NCBI GenBank assembly: GCA_963700145.1
Contig: OY969474.1
Location: forward strand, 2,592,001 to 2,656,000
Direction of reading: 5' to 3'
Origin: an uncultured Acidobacteriota bacterium
Lineage (GTDB): Bacteria > Acidobacteriota > Thermoanaerobaculia > Multivoradales > UBA5704
Length of the DNA stretch: 64,000 nt
The notes under the pieces are model-generated. The model had not been told where the DNA came from and searched no databases. It saw only the letters and a program-made list of their open reading frames with translations. The position numbers and the translations under genes were made by a program. Positions 35,733-45,015 of the stretch are shown here, in pieces (the stretch's first letter is position 1; every line of letters begins with the position of its first letter).

Positions 35733-36682
35733 AGGATCTTCAGCGGCTCGGCGCTCTTGAGCACCATCGGGCCGGTGGGCTGGGGGGCGCCGCCGGCGGG
35801 CTCGACGGTGATCGCGGCGAGCTCCGTGCCGGCGGGCATCGTCGGGGCGGAGAGGCTCGCCGAGGCGCCCGGCTCGAGGTCGAAGGTGCCGGCCGGCACG
35901 GGCTTCCCGTCCGCGATGAACCAGAGCTGGTAGTCCCGCTCCGGCCCCGCCGGCGGCAGGCCGTCCACCGACAGGAACCAGTGTTGGTGGTCGGCGGCGA
36001 CGTAGAGGACGCCGCGCGAGCGCGGCGGCGCCGCCGCCTCCCCCTCGACCGGCCGCAGCGGCATCACCTCGACCGCCGGGGAGGTGACGAGCCCCAGCCG
36101 CTGGCGCAGCGCCGCGAGCTCCTCGCCGCCGCCCTCGCTCTCCAACGAGGCGATCTGCTCCTGCAACAGGTTCCGCTCGGCCCGGAGCCTGTCGATCTCC
36201 GCCCTCTGCTCCTGGAGCCCGAGCCAGAGCCAGGCCGAGAGCCCGAGGCAGGCAAGCGCCACGCTCGCCGCCAGCGCCAAGGGCCACCGGCGCGCCGGGC
36301 GCCCGTAGGGCACGGCCGTCGCCGCCGGGTGCCGCTGCGACTGCGGCGGCTCGAGCGGCTGGCCGAAGAGCGTCGCGCCGGCGGGGAACGGCACCGGCGG
36401 CGGCTGGCGCTCCGCCGCCTGCGGCCCCTCGGGCTCGACCTCCATCGTCTCGTCGCCGCGCACCAGCGCCAGCACTTTCTCGCGCAGCGCGGGCGCGGGC
36501 GCCGCCGGCGGCGCGTCGTAGGCCACCAGCCCCAGCACCTCGGTGTAGAGGCGGACCAGCGTCTCGGCGTCGGCGCCGCGCGGGGCCTCCGCGCGCGGCT
36601 CCGCGGGCGCGGTCGGGTCGCGCTCGAGCGCCGCGAGGGCCTCGTCGATCAGCTCGTCTTCGTGGCGTTCGTCGTTCGTCAC
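35729..36682 (-). CDS. Anti-sigma factor (RskA-like)
   Basis: TM helix; YQLWFI, AITVEP.GG..QPTGP; GTGA overlap with the sigma gene. Confidence 0.9.
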   Translation of the reverse strand: MTNDERHEDELIDEALAALERDPTAPAEPRAEAPRGADAETLVRLYTEVLGLVAYDAPPAAPAPALREKVLALVRGDETMEVEPEGPQAAERQPPPVPFPAGATLFGQPLEPPQSQRHPAATAVPYGRPARRWPLALAASVALACLGLSAWLWLGLQEQRAEIDRLRAERNLLQEQIASLESEGGGEELAALRQRLGLVTSPAVEVMPLRPVEGEAAAPPRSRGVLYVAADHQHWFLSVDGLPPAGPERDYQLWFIADGKPVPAGTFDLEPGASASLSAPTMPAGTELAAITVEPAGGAPQPTGPMVLKSAEPLKIL

Positions 36683-37287
36683 AGCAGCTCTCGGATCGCG
36701 GGACGCAGGGCCTGCCGCAGCTTCTTCATCGCCAGCAGCGACCGGGTCTTGACCGTGCCGAGCGGGATGCCGGTACGCCCGGCGATCTCGCTCTGCGACA
36801 GCCCTTGAAAGAAGGCCAGCTCCAGGACCTCCCGTTGTTCGGCGGGCAAAGCGGCCAGCTCGCTCCGCACCCGCTCCCGTCTCTCTCGGATCAGTACGTT
36901 CTCCGCCGCCTCGGGGGATGCATGGCCGCCGCCGGGGTTTTCCCGCTCCACGGCCTCCACCGTCCGCTCGGCGACGCGGCGGCTGCGCAGGCGGTCGATG
37001 GCGCGGCTGCGCGCGATGAGCACCAGCCAGGTCGAGACGGAGGAGCGCGAGGGGTCGTAGCGGTCGGCGCGGTTCCAGACCTGGAGGAAGACGTCCTGCA
37101 GCACTTCTTCGGCCTCGGCGCGGCTGCCGAGGATGCGCGCGGTCAGGCCGAGCAGGAGCGGGCTGAAGCGGTCGTACAGCTCGCCGAGCGCGTCCGGCCG
37201 CCGGTCCGCCACCTGGCGCACGAGCGCGGCGTCGCCCAGCGCGCCCAGGTGGTCCGCGAGAGACGTCGAGTCCGTGGTGAGGGCCAT
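36679..37287 (-). CDS. ECF RNA polymerase sigma factor (SigK-like)
   Basis: [30 protein letters not shown]...PLGTVKTR. Confidence 0.94.
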   Translation of the reverse strand: MALTTDSTSLADHLGALGDAALVRQVADRRPDALGELYDRFSPLLLGLTARILGSRAEAEEVLQDVFLQVWNRADRYDPSRSSVSTWLVLIARSRAIDRLRSRRVAERTVEAVERENPGGGHASPEAAENVLIRERRERVRSELAALPAEQREVLELAFFQGLSQSEIAGRTGIPLGTVKTRSLLAMKKLRQALRPAIRELL

Positions 37288-37325
37288 GCGGAAAGGTCAG
37301 CTTAGCACGCGGTAGCATGCGCCCC

Positions 37326-37769
37326 GTGAGCGAAGCGAGCGGCGAATCGAGCGGCGGCACCGGTCCGACCCAGCCGGCGATCCGGGTCATCATGATGCCC
37401 AAGGACACCAACGCCCTGGGCACCATCTTCGGCGGCATCATCCTCTCCTACATCGACCAGGCGGGCGCGGTGGAGGCGCACCGGCACGGCACCGGACGGC
37501 TCGTCACCGTGGCGATGAACGCGGTCGAGTTCCACGCCCCGGTCTTCGTCGGCGACCTGGTGAGCTTCTACACCGAGACCGTGCGCATCGGCCGCACCTC
37601 GCTTACCGTGCGCGTGCTGGTCGAGGCCCAGCGCGTGGAGACCGAGAGCCTCTACGGCACCCGCGGCGTCGGCAAGGTCAAGGTGACGGAGGCGGAGGTG
37701 ATCTACGTCCAGGTAGACAAGGACGGAAAGCCGCTGCCGATCCGAAGGGAAGAAACGCCCGGCACGTAG
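37326..37769 (+). CDS. Acyl-CoA thioesterase (YciA-like hotdog)
   Basis: MP.DTN..G.IFGG..L..ID.AG; alternative start 37317. Confidence 0.92.
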   Translation: MSEASGESSGGTGPTQPAIRVIMMPKDTNALGTIFGGIILSYIDQAGAVEAHRHGTGRLVTVAMNAVEFHAPVFVGDLVSFYTETVRIGRTSLTVRVLVEAQRVETESLYGTRGVGKVKVTEAEVIYVQVDKDGKPLPIRREETPGT

Positions 37770-37820
37770 GCCGGGCGCTACGTTGTTGTTCGTAGCGGCG
37801 GGCCTACGTGCCCGCCGTTT
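37753..37820. repeat. GTAG-type REP doublet (copy 2), between convergent genes
   Basis: aaacgcccggcacgtaggccgggcgctacg-N8-cgtagcggcgggcctacgtgcccgccgttt; contains both flanking stop codons. Confidence 0.85.
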
Positions 37821-38382
37821 TTTTCTCGCCTTGGAACACCTCGTAGCAGCGCCGGCAGCGCGCCTCGTAGGCGTCGGTGTCGCCGATCTCGAGCTGCTGG
37901 CCGCCGCCGGCGATCCGCTGGCTGAAGCTCGCCGGCGCGCCGCAGCGCACGCAGACCGCGTGCATCTTGTCCACGTACTCCGCGCGCGCCAGCAGCTCCG
38001 GCATCGGCCCGAAGGGGCGGCGCAGGTAGTCGAGATCGAGGCCGGCGACGATCACCCGCACGCCGGCGTCGGCCAGCTCCTCGACCAGCGGCACGAGGTC
38101 GGCGTCGAAGAACTGCGCCTCGTCGATCCCGACGACCTCCACCTCCGGCTCGAGCCGCCGCCGCAGCTCGGCGCTGCCGGCGACCGAGACCGCCCGCAGC
38201 TCGCGGTTGTCGCGCGTCACCAGGAGCTCGGGGTCGTGGCGGCTGTCGGCCTGCGGCTTGAAGCACTGCACCTTCTGCCGCGCGATCGTGGCGCGGCGCA
38301 GGCGGCGCACCAGCTCCTCGCTCTTGCCGGAGAACATGCCCCCGGTGATCGCCTCGACGTGGCCGCGCGTCCCTTCGTCCAT
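37804..38382 (-). CDS. tdk: Thymidine kinase
   Basis: G.MFSGKSEEL, IDEAQFF, AGLDLD...PFG, C..C and YEARCRRC zinc motifs. Confidence 0.96.
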   Translation of the reverse strand: MDEGTRGHVEAITGGMFSGKSEELVRRLRRATIARQKVQCFKPQADSRHDPELLVTRDNRELRAVSVAGSAELRRRLEPEVEVVGIDEAQFFDADLVPLVEELADAGVRVIVAGLDLDYLRRPFGPMPELLARAEYVDKMHAVCVRCGAPASFSQRIAGGGQQLEIGDTDAYEARCRRCYEVFQGEKKTAGT

Positions 38383-38444
38383 GCGGCCGGGGATGGTATC
38401 GCAGCTACCTGGAGCCGCCGGCGGGCTTTGCTACCATGCAAGGC

Positions 38445-38798
38445 ATGGCGACGCGGCGCAGCGGCCGGCGGGTCTTCTCCTACGAGGAGGCGCTCGCCCT
38501 CTTCCCGGCGGTGCGCGACCTGACCGCGGCGGCGGTGCGGCAGGTCGAGGAGCTGATCCAGGAGGCGCGGAGCAGCGACGAGCCCGAGGACCAGGAGACG
38601 GAGCTCGAAGAGGCCTACGGCAAGGTCGTCCAGGCCTGGGCGGACGAGATCATCGCCCTGGGCTGCGAGGTCAAAGGCCTCTGGCTCGTCGACTGGGACA
38701 GCGGCGACGGCTACTACTGCTGGAAGTACCCCGAGGAGTCGATCGGCTTCTTCCACGGCTACGAAGAAGGCTTCCAGGGGCGGCTGCCGATCAACTGA
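38445..38798 (+). CDS. DUF2203 family protein
   Basis: F..EEA, G.EVK..LVD, CWK..E..I.FFH..EEGF.GR.P. Confidence 0.85.
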   Translation: MATRRSGRRVFSYEEALALFPAVRDLTAAAVRQVEELIQEARSSDEPEDQETELEEAYGKVVQAWADEIIALGCEVKGLWLVDWDSGDGYYCWKYPEESIGFFHGYEEGFQGRLPIN

Positions 38799-39429
38799 GG
38801 CGGCGCTCGAGGAAGCCGGCGACCGCTTCGATCGCGGCGGCGAGGTTCTCCTTCTCGGTGCGGCCGGAGGAGGCGCGGGGCTTCAGGGAGTGGTCGCCGT
38901 CCTCGATCCAGACGACCTCGATGGCGGGTGAGAGGGTGTAGCCGGCGACCTCTTCCGCGGTGCCGAAGGGGTCGCGGGTGCCCTGGACGACGAGTGCCGG
39001 GGTGCGCAGGGCGGCGAGGTGCGCCGTGTGCAGCTTCTCGGGCTGGCCCGGCGGGTGGAAGGGGTACCCCAAGCAGACCAGGCCGCGGGCGCCCAGCTCG
39101 TCGGCGACCATGCTGGCGATGCGGCCGCCCATCGACTTGCCGCCGACGACCAACCGCTCGCCGCCGCCGAGGGCGCCGACCGCCTCCTTCCACGCCTTTT
39201 CCAGCACCGGCGCCGGGTTCGGCCCCTTCCGCGTGCCCTGCTCGCGCCGTGCCCGCATGTAGGGGAACTCGAAGCGCGCGACGCGGAACCCGCGCGCGGC
39301 GACGCCGCGGGCGACGGTGTTCATGTAGGGCGCGTCCATCGGCCCGCCGGCGCCGTGGGCGAGGACGAGGATGAGGGCGGAATCCTCGGGGCCGTCGAAG
39401 AGGAAGTACGGCTCTTTGGTCTCGGGCAT
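38791..39429 (-). CDS. Alpha/beta hydrolase (KANL3/Tex30-like)
   Basis: HGAG, GGKSMGGR, LGYPFHPP, QGTRDPFG, GDHS. Confidence 0.9.
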   Translation of the reverse strand: MPETKEPYFLFDGPEDSALILVLAHGAGGPMDAPYMNTVARGVAARGFRVARFEFPYMRARREQGTRKGPNPAPVLEKAWKEAVGALGGGERLVVGGKSMGGRIASMVADELGARGLVCLGYPFHPPGQPEKLHTAHLAALRTPALVVQGTRDPFGTAEEVAGYTLSPAIEVVWIEDGDHSLKPRASSGRTEKENLAAAIEAVAGFLERRLS

Positions 39430-39431
39430 GG

Positions 39432-39998
39432 CTACTCCACCTCTCTTTCGATTGCGGCGCGCAACGCCGCGATCCACTCCTCGGCCCCCCGGCGCCGCTC
39501 GGCGCCGAGGGCGGCGCCGCGGGGGGTGCGGTAGCGCTCGGCGGGCGGGCCGGGGTCGAGCAGGATAAGGGCGCGCGTCAGCGGCAGGCGCTTCTTGCCT
39601 GCCGTCATCAACCGCCCGGCCGCCGCCGCCACGCCCGCCGATTCCAGGAGGAGTGCGTCGTGGAGCAGCTCCTCCTCCGGCCCGCGCGGGTCGTCCGCCA
39701 GGCGCGGCAAGCCCGCCCGCGCCCGCCGCACCAGCTCCTCCGGCAGGCCCAGGCCCTTCAAGAAGAGGTCGAGCCGGCCGCCAGCGGCGAGCGAGCCTAG
39801 CCGGTCCACCACCCCGTGCAGCAGGAGGAGCAGCTCGAGGAGCGCCGCGTCCACCGGGTCCGGGCCGCGCAGCGCCGCCGCCCGCCGCGCCAGGCGCTCG
39901 ACGCGGTCGAAGGTCTGCACCCCGTCGAGGCCGGCGTAGAGCGGCCGCACGAACTGCTCGACGGCGCGGCGGGCCTCGGGCGTCAGACCCGCGCTCAT
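39432..39998 (-). CDS. Hypothetical protein, degenerate HD-domain-like
   Basis: Motif spacing resembles HD hydrolases (RV, LLHGV, LHDA..L); ATGA overlap with upstream gene. Confidence 0.55.
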   Translation of the reverse strand: MSAGLTPEARRAVEQFVRPLYAGLDGVQTFDRVERLARRAAALRGPDPVDAALLELLLLLHGVVDRLGSLAAGGRLDLFLKGLGLPEELVRRARAGLPRLADDPRGPEEELLHDALLLESAGVAAAAGRLMTAGKKRLPLTRALILLDPGPPAERYRTPRGAALGAERRRGAEEWIAALRAAIEREVE

Positions 39999-40687
39999 GC
40001 GAACAAGGCTTCCAGCCGCTCGGGCGTGAGCCCGGCCAGCGCCGGCACCACCGCGTGCGCCCCGCGCAGGTCCGCCGCGCCGTAGGTGTGGGCCACGCCG
40101 AGCGTCAGCAGCCCCGCCTCGCCCGCGGCGCGGATCCCCGCCAGGCTGTCCTCCAGCGCCAGGACCTCGTGCGGGTGGACCATCCGCTCGGGGAGCGGCG
40201 GCCGGGCATTGAGCGCCTCCAGGGCCAGCCGGTAGCCCTCCGGGTCGGGCTTGCCGTCGGAGACGTCCTCGGCCGTCACCAGCACCTTGAAGTGGCGCGC
40301 CAGCCCGAGCTGCCGCACCGCCCCCTCGACCTCCTCGCGCAGCGCGCCGCTGACGATCCCCAGGAGCCACCCCCGCGCCGCCGCCGCCCCGACCAGCTCG
40401 GCCGCGCCGGGGAAGACCGGGTAGCCGCCGGCGAGCATCCGCTCGCGGTAGTAGCTCGCCTTGCGCGTGATGAGCCGCACGAGCCGCGAGGGGGTGGCCT
40501 TCTCCCCCGCCGCCGCCAGCACCGCCGCGAAGCAGGCGCGGTCGTCGAGCCCGAGGTAGCGGCCGTAGTAGTCCTCCTCCGAGAGCCGGACCCCCTCCTC
40601 CCCGAGCACCCGCTGGAGAAGCTCGAGGTGGATCGGCTCGTCGTCCACCAGGACGCCGTTGAAGTCGAAGAGGAGGGCGCGGATCAC
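39995..40687 (-). CDS. HAD family phosphatase
   Basis: FDFNGVL.D, GKPDPEGY, EDS..GI.AA. Confidence 0.9.
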   Translation of the reverse strand: MIRALLFDFNGVLVDDEPIHLELLQRVLGEEGVRLSEEDYYGRYLGLDDRACFAAVLAAAGEKATPSRLVRLITRKASYYRERMLAGGYPVFPGAAELVGAAAARGWLLGIVSGALREEVEGAVRQLGLARHFKVLVTAEDVSDGKPDPEGYRLALEALNARPPLPERMVHPHEVLALEDSLAGIRAAGEAGLLTLGVAHTYGAADLRGAHAVVPALAGLTPERLEALFA

Positions 40688-40784
40688 CGCCGAATCATAC
40701 GCCCCGGGGAATGGCGGAAACCCTTTTGCCGTTTGACTTTCCGGGCCCCCACCGCTAGGGTGGAGGGCGACGAGGAGAGAACCG

Positions 40785-41189
40785 ATGGAACCGACCCAGA
40801 CGACCCAGCCCGAGCAGCCCGAGACCCACGCCGCGGCCCAGCCGCTCCCGCCCGAGGACATGCCGGTGACCCTGACCCCGAAGGCGGTCGAGATGGTCAA
40901 GACGACGCGCGGGCAGGAGGGGCTGGATGACTCGCACGGCCTGCGCATCGCGGTGCGCGGCGGCGGCTGCAGCGGCTTCGAGTACGCACTCGACTTCGAG
41001 AGCGAGGCGCGGGACAACGACTTCGTCTACGAGCAGAGCGGGCTGACGGTGTACGTGGACGGCCTCTCGGCGCGCTACCTCCACGGCACGAGCATCGACT
41101 ACGTGATGGGGATGGCCGGCGCCGGGTTCAAGTTCCACAATCCCAAGGCCGCTGGGACCTGCGGCTGCGGATCGTCCTTCACCGTCTGA
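40785..41189 (+). CDS. A-type Fe-S carrier (IscA/ErpA, HesB family)
   Basis: GGGCSGFEY, NP.A..TCGCGSSF. Confidence 0.95.
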   Translation: MEPTQTTQPEQPETHAAAQPLPPEDMPVTLTPKAVEMVKTTRGQEGLDDSHGLRIAVRGGGCSGFEYALDFESEARDNDFVYEQSGLTVYVDGLSARYLHGTSIDYVMGMAGAGFKFHNPKAAGTCGCGSSFTV

Positions 41190-41194
41190 TCTAG

Positions 41195-42160
41195 CTAACC
41201 GCGAACGAAGGGGAGCGCCGCGACCGTGGCGCTCCCGCCCTCTTCCACCTCCAGCGCCGTGCCGGGCTCCGCGGCCCGCTTGTGGACGATCGCCAGGCCG
41301 ATCGGGCGGCCGAGCACCGGCGAGACGAGGGCGGAGCCGACGGCGCCGGCCTCGCGGCCGTCGTGGCGGAGCGCCGTGCCGCGTGGCGGCGGCGCGCCCC
41401 CGCCGAAGTCGAGACCCACGAGCTGCCGCTGCACGCCGCCGCGGTAGTGGATGCGCGCCACCACCTCCTGCCCGAGGTAGCACCCCTTCGTGTAGCTCAC
41501 CGCCTCCTCGATCCCGGTCTCCTGCGGGAAGTTGTCGGGCCCGAAGTCGGCGCCAAAGCGCTGGATGCCGGCCTCGACGCGGACGGCTTCGAGGGCGGCG
41601 AAGCTCGCGGGGACGGCGCCGCGCGCCACGAGGGCGGCGGCGAGGTCCGGCGCGAGCGAGGAGGAGACCCAGAGCGTCAAGGCGGGGACGCCGAGGCGCC
41701 CCTGCCGCACGAGGGTGACCTCGGTGCCGAAGACGGCGGCGCGGGCGTGGCTCCAGACCGCGTCGGGGAGGGGCGGCGCGCCGGCGGCGGCGAGGAGGCC
41801 CTCGGCGCCCGGCCCGGCGAGCGTGAGCGGCAGCAGCTCCTTCGCCGGCATCACCTCCACCCGGTCGGCGATGACGTACTTCCGGAGCCGCTCGGCGACG
41901 ACCGGCGCCAGCCCTTGCGGCACCTCCAGCCGGAGCCGGTCCTCCAGCGCCAGGACGACGGCGTCGGCCTGGATGCGCCCCTGTTTGTCGGTGAAGAACC
42001 CGTACGCCCCGCCCCCCGGCGCGAGCGTCTTGACGTCGCAGGTCAGGTAGGCGTTCAAGAACCGCTGCCGGTCGGCGCCGAGGACCTCGAGGCGCCCCAC
42101 CCAGGAGCGCTCGACGAGCGCGCAGCCGCCGCGCAGCGCCTCGTAGCCTTCGTCGCTCAT
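41195..42160 (-). CDS. ygfZ: Folate-binding Fe-S repair protein YgfZ (GcvT family)
   Basis: KGCYLGQEVVAR signature. Confidence 0.92.
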   Translation of the reverse strand: MSDEGYEALRGGCALVERSWVGRLEVLGADRQRFLNAYLTCDVKTLAPGGGAYGFFTDKQGRIQADAVVLALEDRLRLEVPQGLAPVVAERLRKYVIADRVEVMPAKELLPLTLAGPGAEGLLAAAGAPPLPDAVWSHARAAVFGTEVTLVRQGRLGVPALTLWVSSSLAPDLAAALVARGAVPASFAALEAVRVEAGIQRFGADFGPDNFPQETGIEEAVSYTKGCYLGQEVVARIHYRGGVQRQLVGLDFGGGAPPPRGTALRHDGREAGAVGSALVSPVLGRPIGLAIVHKRAAEPGTALEVEEGGSATVAALPFVRG

Positions 42161-42196
42161 GGCCGGAGTCTAGATGCTCCGCGTAAGATGCACCTC

Positions 42197-42586
42197 ATGG
42201 ACCCGCACTTCGACGGAGTGATCTTCCAGACCCACGCGGCCGAGCTGCGGCGCCGGCTGCCGCACCCGTGGCCGCCGTTCGTGGTCGTGGACGTGCGGCC
42301 GGAGGACGAGTACGAGAAGGGCCACATCCCCGGCGCGGTCTGGGGCGGGCACCTGGATTTCCCGCGCGCCGTGCCGGCTCTGGGGCACCTGCCCGCGCGG
42401 ATCGAGATCTTCGTCGTCGGGCGCGATTCCGCGGACCTGATGATCCGCGAGGCGAGCCAGGCGCTGCGCCGGCTGGGGGCGAAGCGGGTGGTCGAGCTGA
42501 CCGGCGGGATGGTCGAGTGGGCGCTGGACGGTGGCCCGCTCGAAGGCGGCGAGACCGGCGGTGGCGAGCTGCCGGAAGCGGCGTAA
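42197..42586 (+). CDS. Rhodanese-like domain protein (no active-site Cys)
   Basis: DVRP..EY.KGHIPGA, L.GG..W. Confidence 0.82.
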   Translation: MDPHFDGVIFQTHAAELRRRLPHPWPPFVVVDVRPEDEYEKGHIPGAVWGGHLDFPRAVPALGHLPARIEIFVVGRDSADLMIREASQALRRLGAKRVVELTGGMVEWALDGGPLEGGETGGGELPEAA

Positions 42587-42628
42587 CCGCAGGATCGCTC
42601 CGCCGAGCCCGCAGTCTTTCTCCCGGTC

Positions 42629-43048
42629 GTGGGAGCTTCCTCGGCGGCCTCCGGGACCTTCCGGCGGTGCCCGGGGATCTTCCCCCGGCAGCGGAAGATG
42701 TCTCCCCGAGACCGGAGGACAATCCGTCCCACCTCCGGGAACCTCCGCCGGTCCCCGGAGATCCTCCGGCGGCGCCCCGAGATGTTCCGGCAGCACCGGG
42801 AGATGTTCCGGATGCACCAGAAGATCTATCTTTTGCACCAAAAGATACATCTCCAGGCGCGGAAGATGTATCTCCATCTCTCGGAGATATATCTCCAGGG
42901 CCGGGAGATATATCTCCAGCCGCTCGGAATCTATCTCGAGGGCCTGGGAATCTATCTTTTGCACCTGGAGATACATTCCCGGTGCATGCCGGAACATCTC
43001 CAGGCACCGCCGGAACATCTCCAGGCACCGCGGCGGGATCTCCCGGCC
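42629..43048. repeat. 21-bp degenerate tandem array with mirror symmetry
   Basis: ~20 units; left units contain gagatgttccgg, central units are palindromic ggagatatatctcc, right units contain ccggaacatctc. Confidence 0.8.
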
Positions 43049-43138
43049 GCCGGCGGCCAAAATGGCAGGATCGCGAGACTCCCCGCCCACCTTCCGCCTC
43101 TTACGCCTGCCCGAGGTCTCGCCTGCTAGAGTGTCGGC

Positions 43139-43345
43139 ATGTTCACCACGGTCGAAGCCGAGGTCGACGAGCAGGGGAACATCCGGCCCAAGGAGCCGCT
43201 GACCCTCGCCCCGGGCTCGCGGGTCCTCGTCACGGTGCTGGAACCCGAGGGCGCCGAGGCTTCGCTGCTGAGCGAGGCGGCGCTGGCCGCCGACTGGGGC
43301 CGTCCCGAGGAAGATGCGGCGTGGTCGCACTTGCCTCAGGGCTAG
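43139..43345 (+). CDS. Putative type II antitoxin (DUF104/AF2212-like)
   Basis: EA..D..G.IRP.EPL.L..G.RV.VTV plus LSE.ALA.DW.RPEED.AW tail. Confidence 0.75.
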   Translation: MFTTVEAEVDEQGNIRPKEPLTLAPGSRVLVTVLEPEGAEASLLSEAALAADWGRPEEDAAWSHLPQG

Positions 43346-43377
43346 TAGTCCTAGTCCGGTTTCCCCCCTCGTCCTGA
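43321..43377 (+). pseudogene. Truncated PemK/MazF-like toxin remnant
   Basis: GTG-started MVALASGLVVLVRFPPS* overlapping the antitoxin end, resembling the MazF N-terminus G.VVLV.FPF. Confidence 0.5.
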
Positions 43378-43619
43378 AACGGCGGCCGGCTGTCGTCCTG
43401 GCTCACGCCGGTGGCGGCGATTGGGTTTCTCTGCCAACTCACCCACTCCTGCGAGCAGGAGTGCGGTGAGAGCGCCGTCCGACTGAGGTCTCCTTCGGCG
43501 CGAACTCTCGCCTCACCGCACGCGCCGTATGCAGAGTCGCAGCGGTAGGCACTGAAGAGGATGAAGTGGACGCGCGCGGCGCGCTGCGGAGCCGTTGGCC
43601 ATCATTTACCGATCGAGCG

Positions 43620-44132
43620 CTACACGAGTGCGATTCGCTCGATTTCTTGTCCTTTCTTTAAGCGGAGATAGTTGTTGAGTAGCTGTGTTCCGCCGTTCAC
43701 GAATACATAAGCCAGTAAGGCCGCGAGGAAGCTGTTCACCATTGGCGCGACTGTCTCCTTCACGACCAAAGAATAGGCTTCCACGGGTTGCGGAGGGCAT
43801 TTATCGCATCCCCCCTTAGCCTTCTCATCGAGGTACTTACCATACGCCGTCACCTTCGTGCCGTAGGCTTGGACCATCTGTGTATAGAGGAGAACTTGCT
43901 GCTTGTAGGTATCGACCCGTTGGCTCAATATTGCGGCCGACTCCTGGGGATCGATCCAGGTGACTTCCTTGATCGCCGGCGGCTCCGGCGGTTGTGGCAC
44001 CTCTCTTGGCTGAATTGCCCCGCCTGTGCCGAAAAGTAGACGTGAGCTAGGGATCAGGACTACTAGTGCGATCACGAAGAACCAGAGCAGGAGAACAATG
44101 CGGGCAATTTTCTTGAAAGTTGTTTCGTCCAT
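43620..44132 (-). CDS. Hypothetical 2-TM membrane protein, lower GC
   Basis: AAGGAG RBS; N- and C-terminal TM helices; GC lower than flanks. Confidence 0.7.
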   Translation of the reverse strand: MDETTFKKIARIVLLLWFFVIALVVLIPSSRLLFGTGGAIQPREVPQPPEPPAIKEVTWIDPQESAAILSQRVDTYKQQVLLYTQMVQAYGTKVTAYGKYLDEKAKGGCDKCPPQPVEAYSLVVKETVAPMVNSFLAALLAYVFVNGGTQLLNNYLRLKKGQEIERIALV

Positions 44133-44260
44133 AGTCTCTCCTTAGCCTCCTACAAGAGAGACGGACGTGACTCCGAAGTTCCTCCTATCTGTAGAAAACG
44201 GTTGTTCGGCAAACCCGGCGGCGCGCCTGCCCCACCGGCGGTGGTAAAGGCGGCCGCTAG

Positions 44261-44947
44261 CTAGCAGCTCAACAACGGATCGCACCCGCCAGCCGCGCCG
44301 AGGTCGGGGACGACCCAGGTGGCGCCGGCTGCCGCCAGGGCGGCGGCCGGCGTCCGGCCGGTGGCGACGGCGAGGCAGGGGATGCCGTGGGCGCGGGCGC
44401 AGGCGACGTCGTGGACGCTGTCGCCGACGATCAGGGTGTCCTCCGGTGCGAACTCCCGGCCGTGCGCGCGGGCCGCGCGGCCTAGGGCCACCGGCGGCAG
44501 CTCAGCGCGGTCCGCGGAGTCGCAGCCGTAGGCGCCGAAGGGGAAGAAGCGGTTGAGGTCGAAGCGCGCCAGCTTGGCGCGGGCGCCCGGCTCCCAGTTG
44601 CCGGTGAGGAGGCCGAGCGCCGCCTCGTCGGCCCGCCCCGCCAGCTGCTCCAAGAGCTCGACGACCGCCGGCAGCAGGCGCATCCGCTCGCGCGTCAGCC
44701 CGGCGCCCAGCCGCTCGAGGTAGAGCTCGCGGAAGCGCGGCAGGACGGCCTCGACCGCCTCGCGCTCGATGCCGGCGCCGGTCATCAGGTCGAGCACGAT
44801 CTGCGGGTCGGTCTTGCCGACGAAGTCGTAGCCGTCGACGTCGCCCGCGGTGCCGAAGACCTCGACGAGTGCCGCGCCGAAGAGCGGGCGCACCTGCGGC
44901 CCGCAGTCCACCAGCGTGCCGTCGATGTCGAAGAGGACGAGGCGCAT
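44261..44947 (-). CDS. HAD family hydrolase
   Basis: LFDIDGTL, GKTD, LLTGN, VGDS.HDV. Confidence 0.9.
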   Translation of the reverse strand: MRLVLFDIDGTLVDCGPQVRPLFGAALVEVFGTAGDVDGYDFVGKTDPQIVLDLMTGAGIEREAVEAVLPRFRELYLERLGAGLTRERMRLLPAVVELLEQLAGRADEAALGLLTGNWEPGARAKLARFDLNRFFPFGAYGCDSADRAELPPVALGRAARAHGREFAPEDTLIVGDSVHDVACARAHGIPCLAVATGRTPAAALAAAGATWVVPDLGAAGGCDPLLSC

Positions 44948-45015
44948 CCGGCGCTCCCGTAGGCGCGAAGGCTTTCGCGCCGGGCTCCTGAGCCGGCCGC
45001 TATCATAGCGGCCGC

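Noticed and set aside
42170-43377. Long ORFs across the second 21-bp array
   Set aside because: Low-complexity translations in multiple frames overlapping real genes
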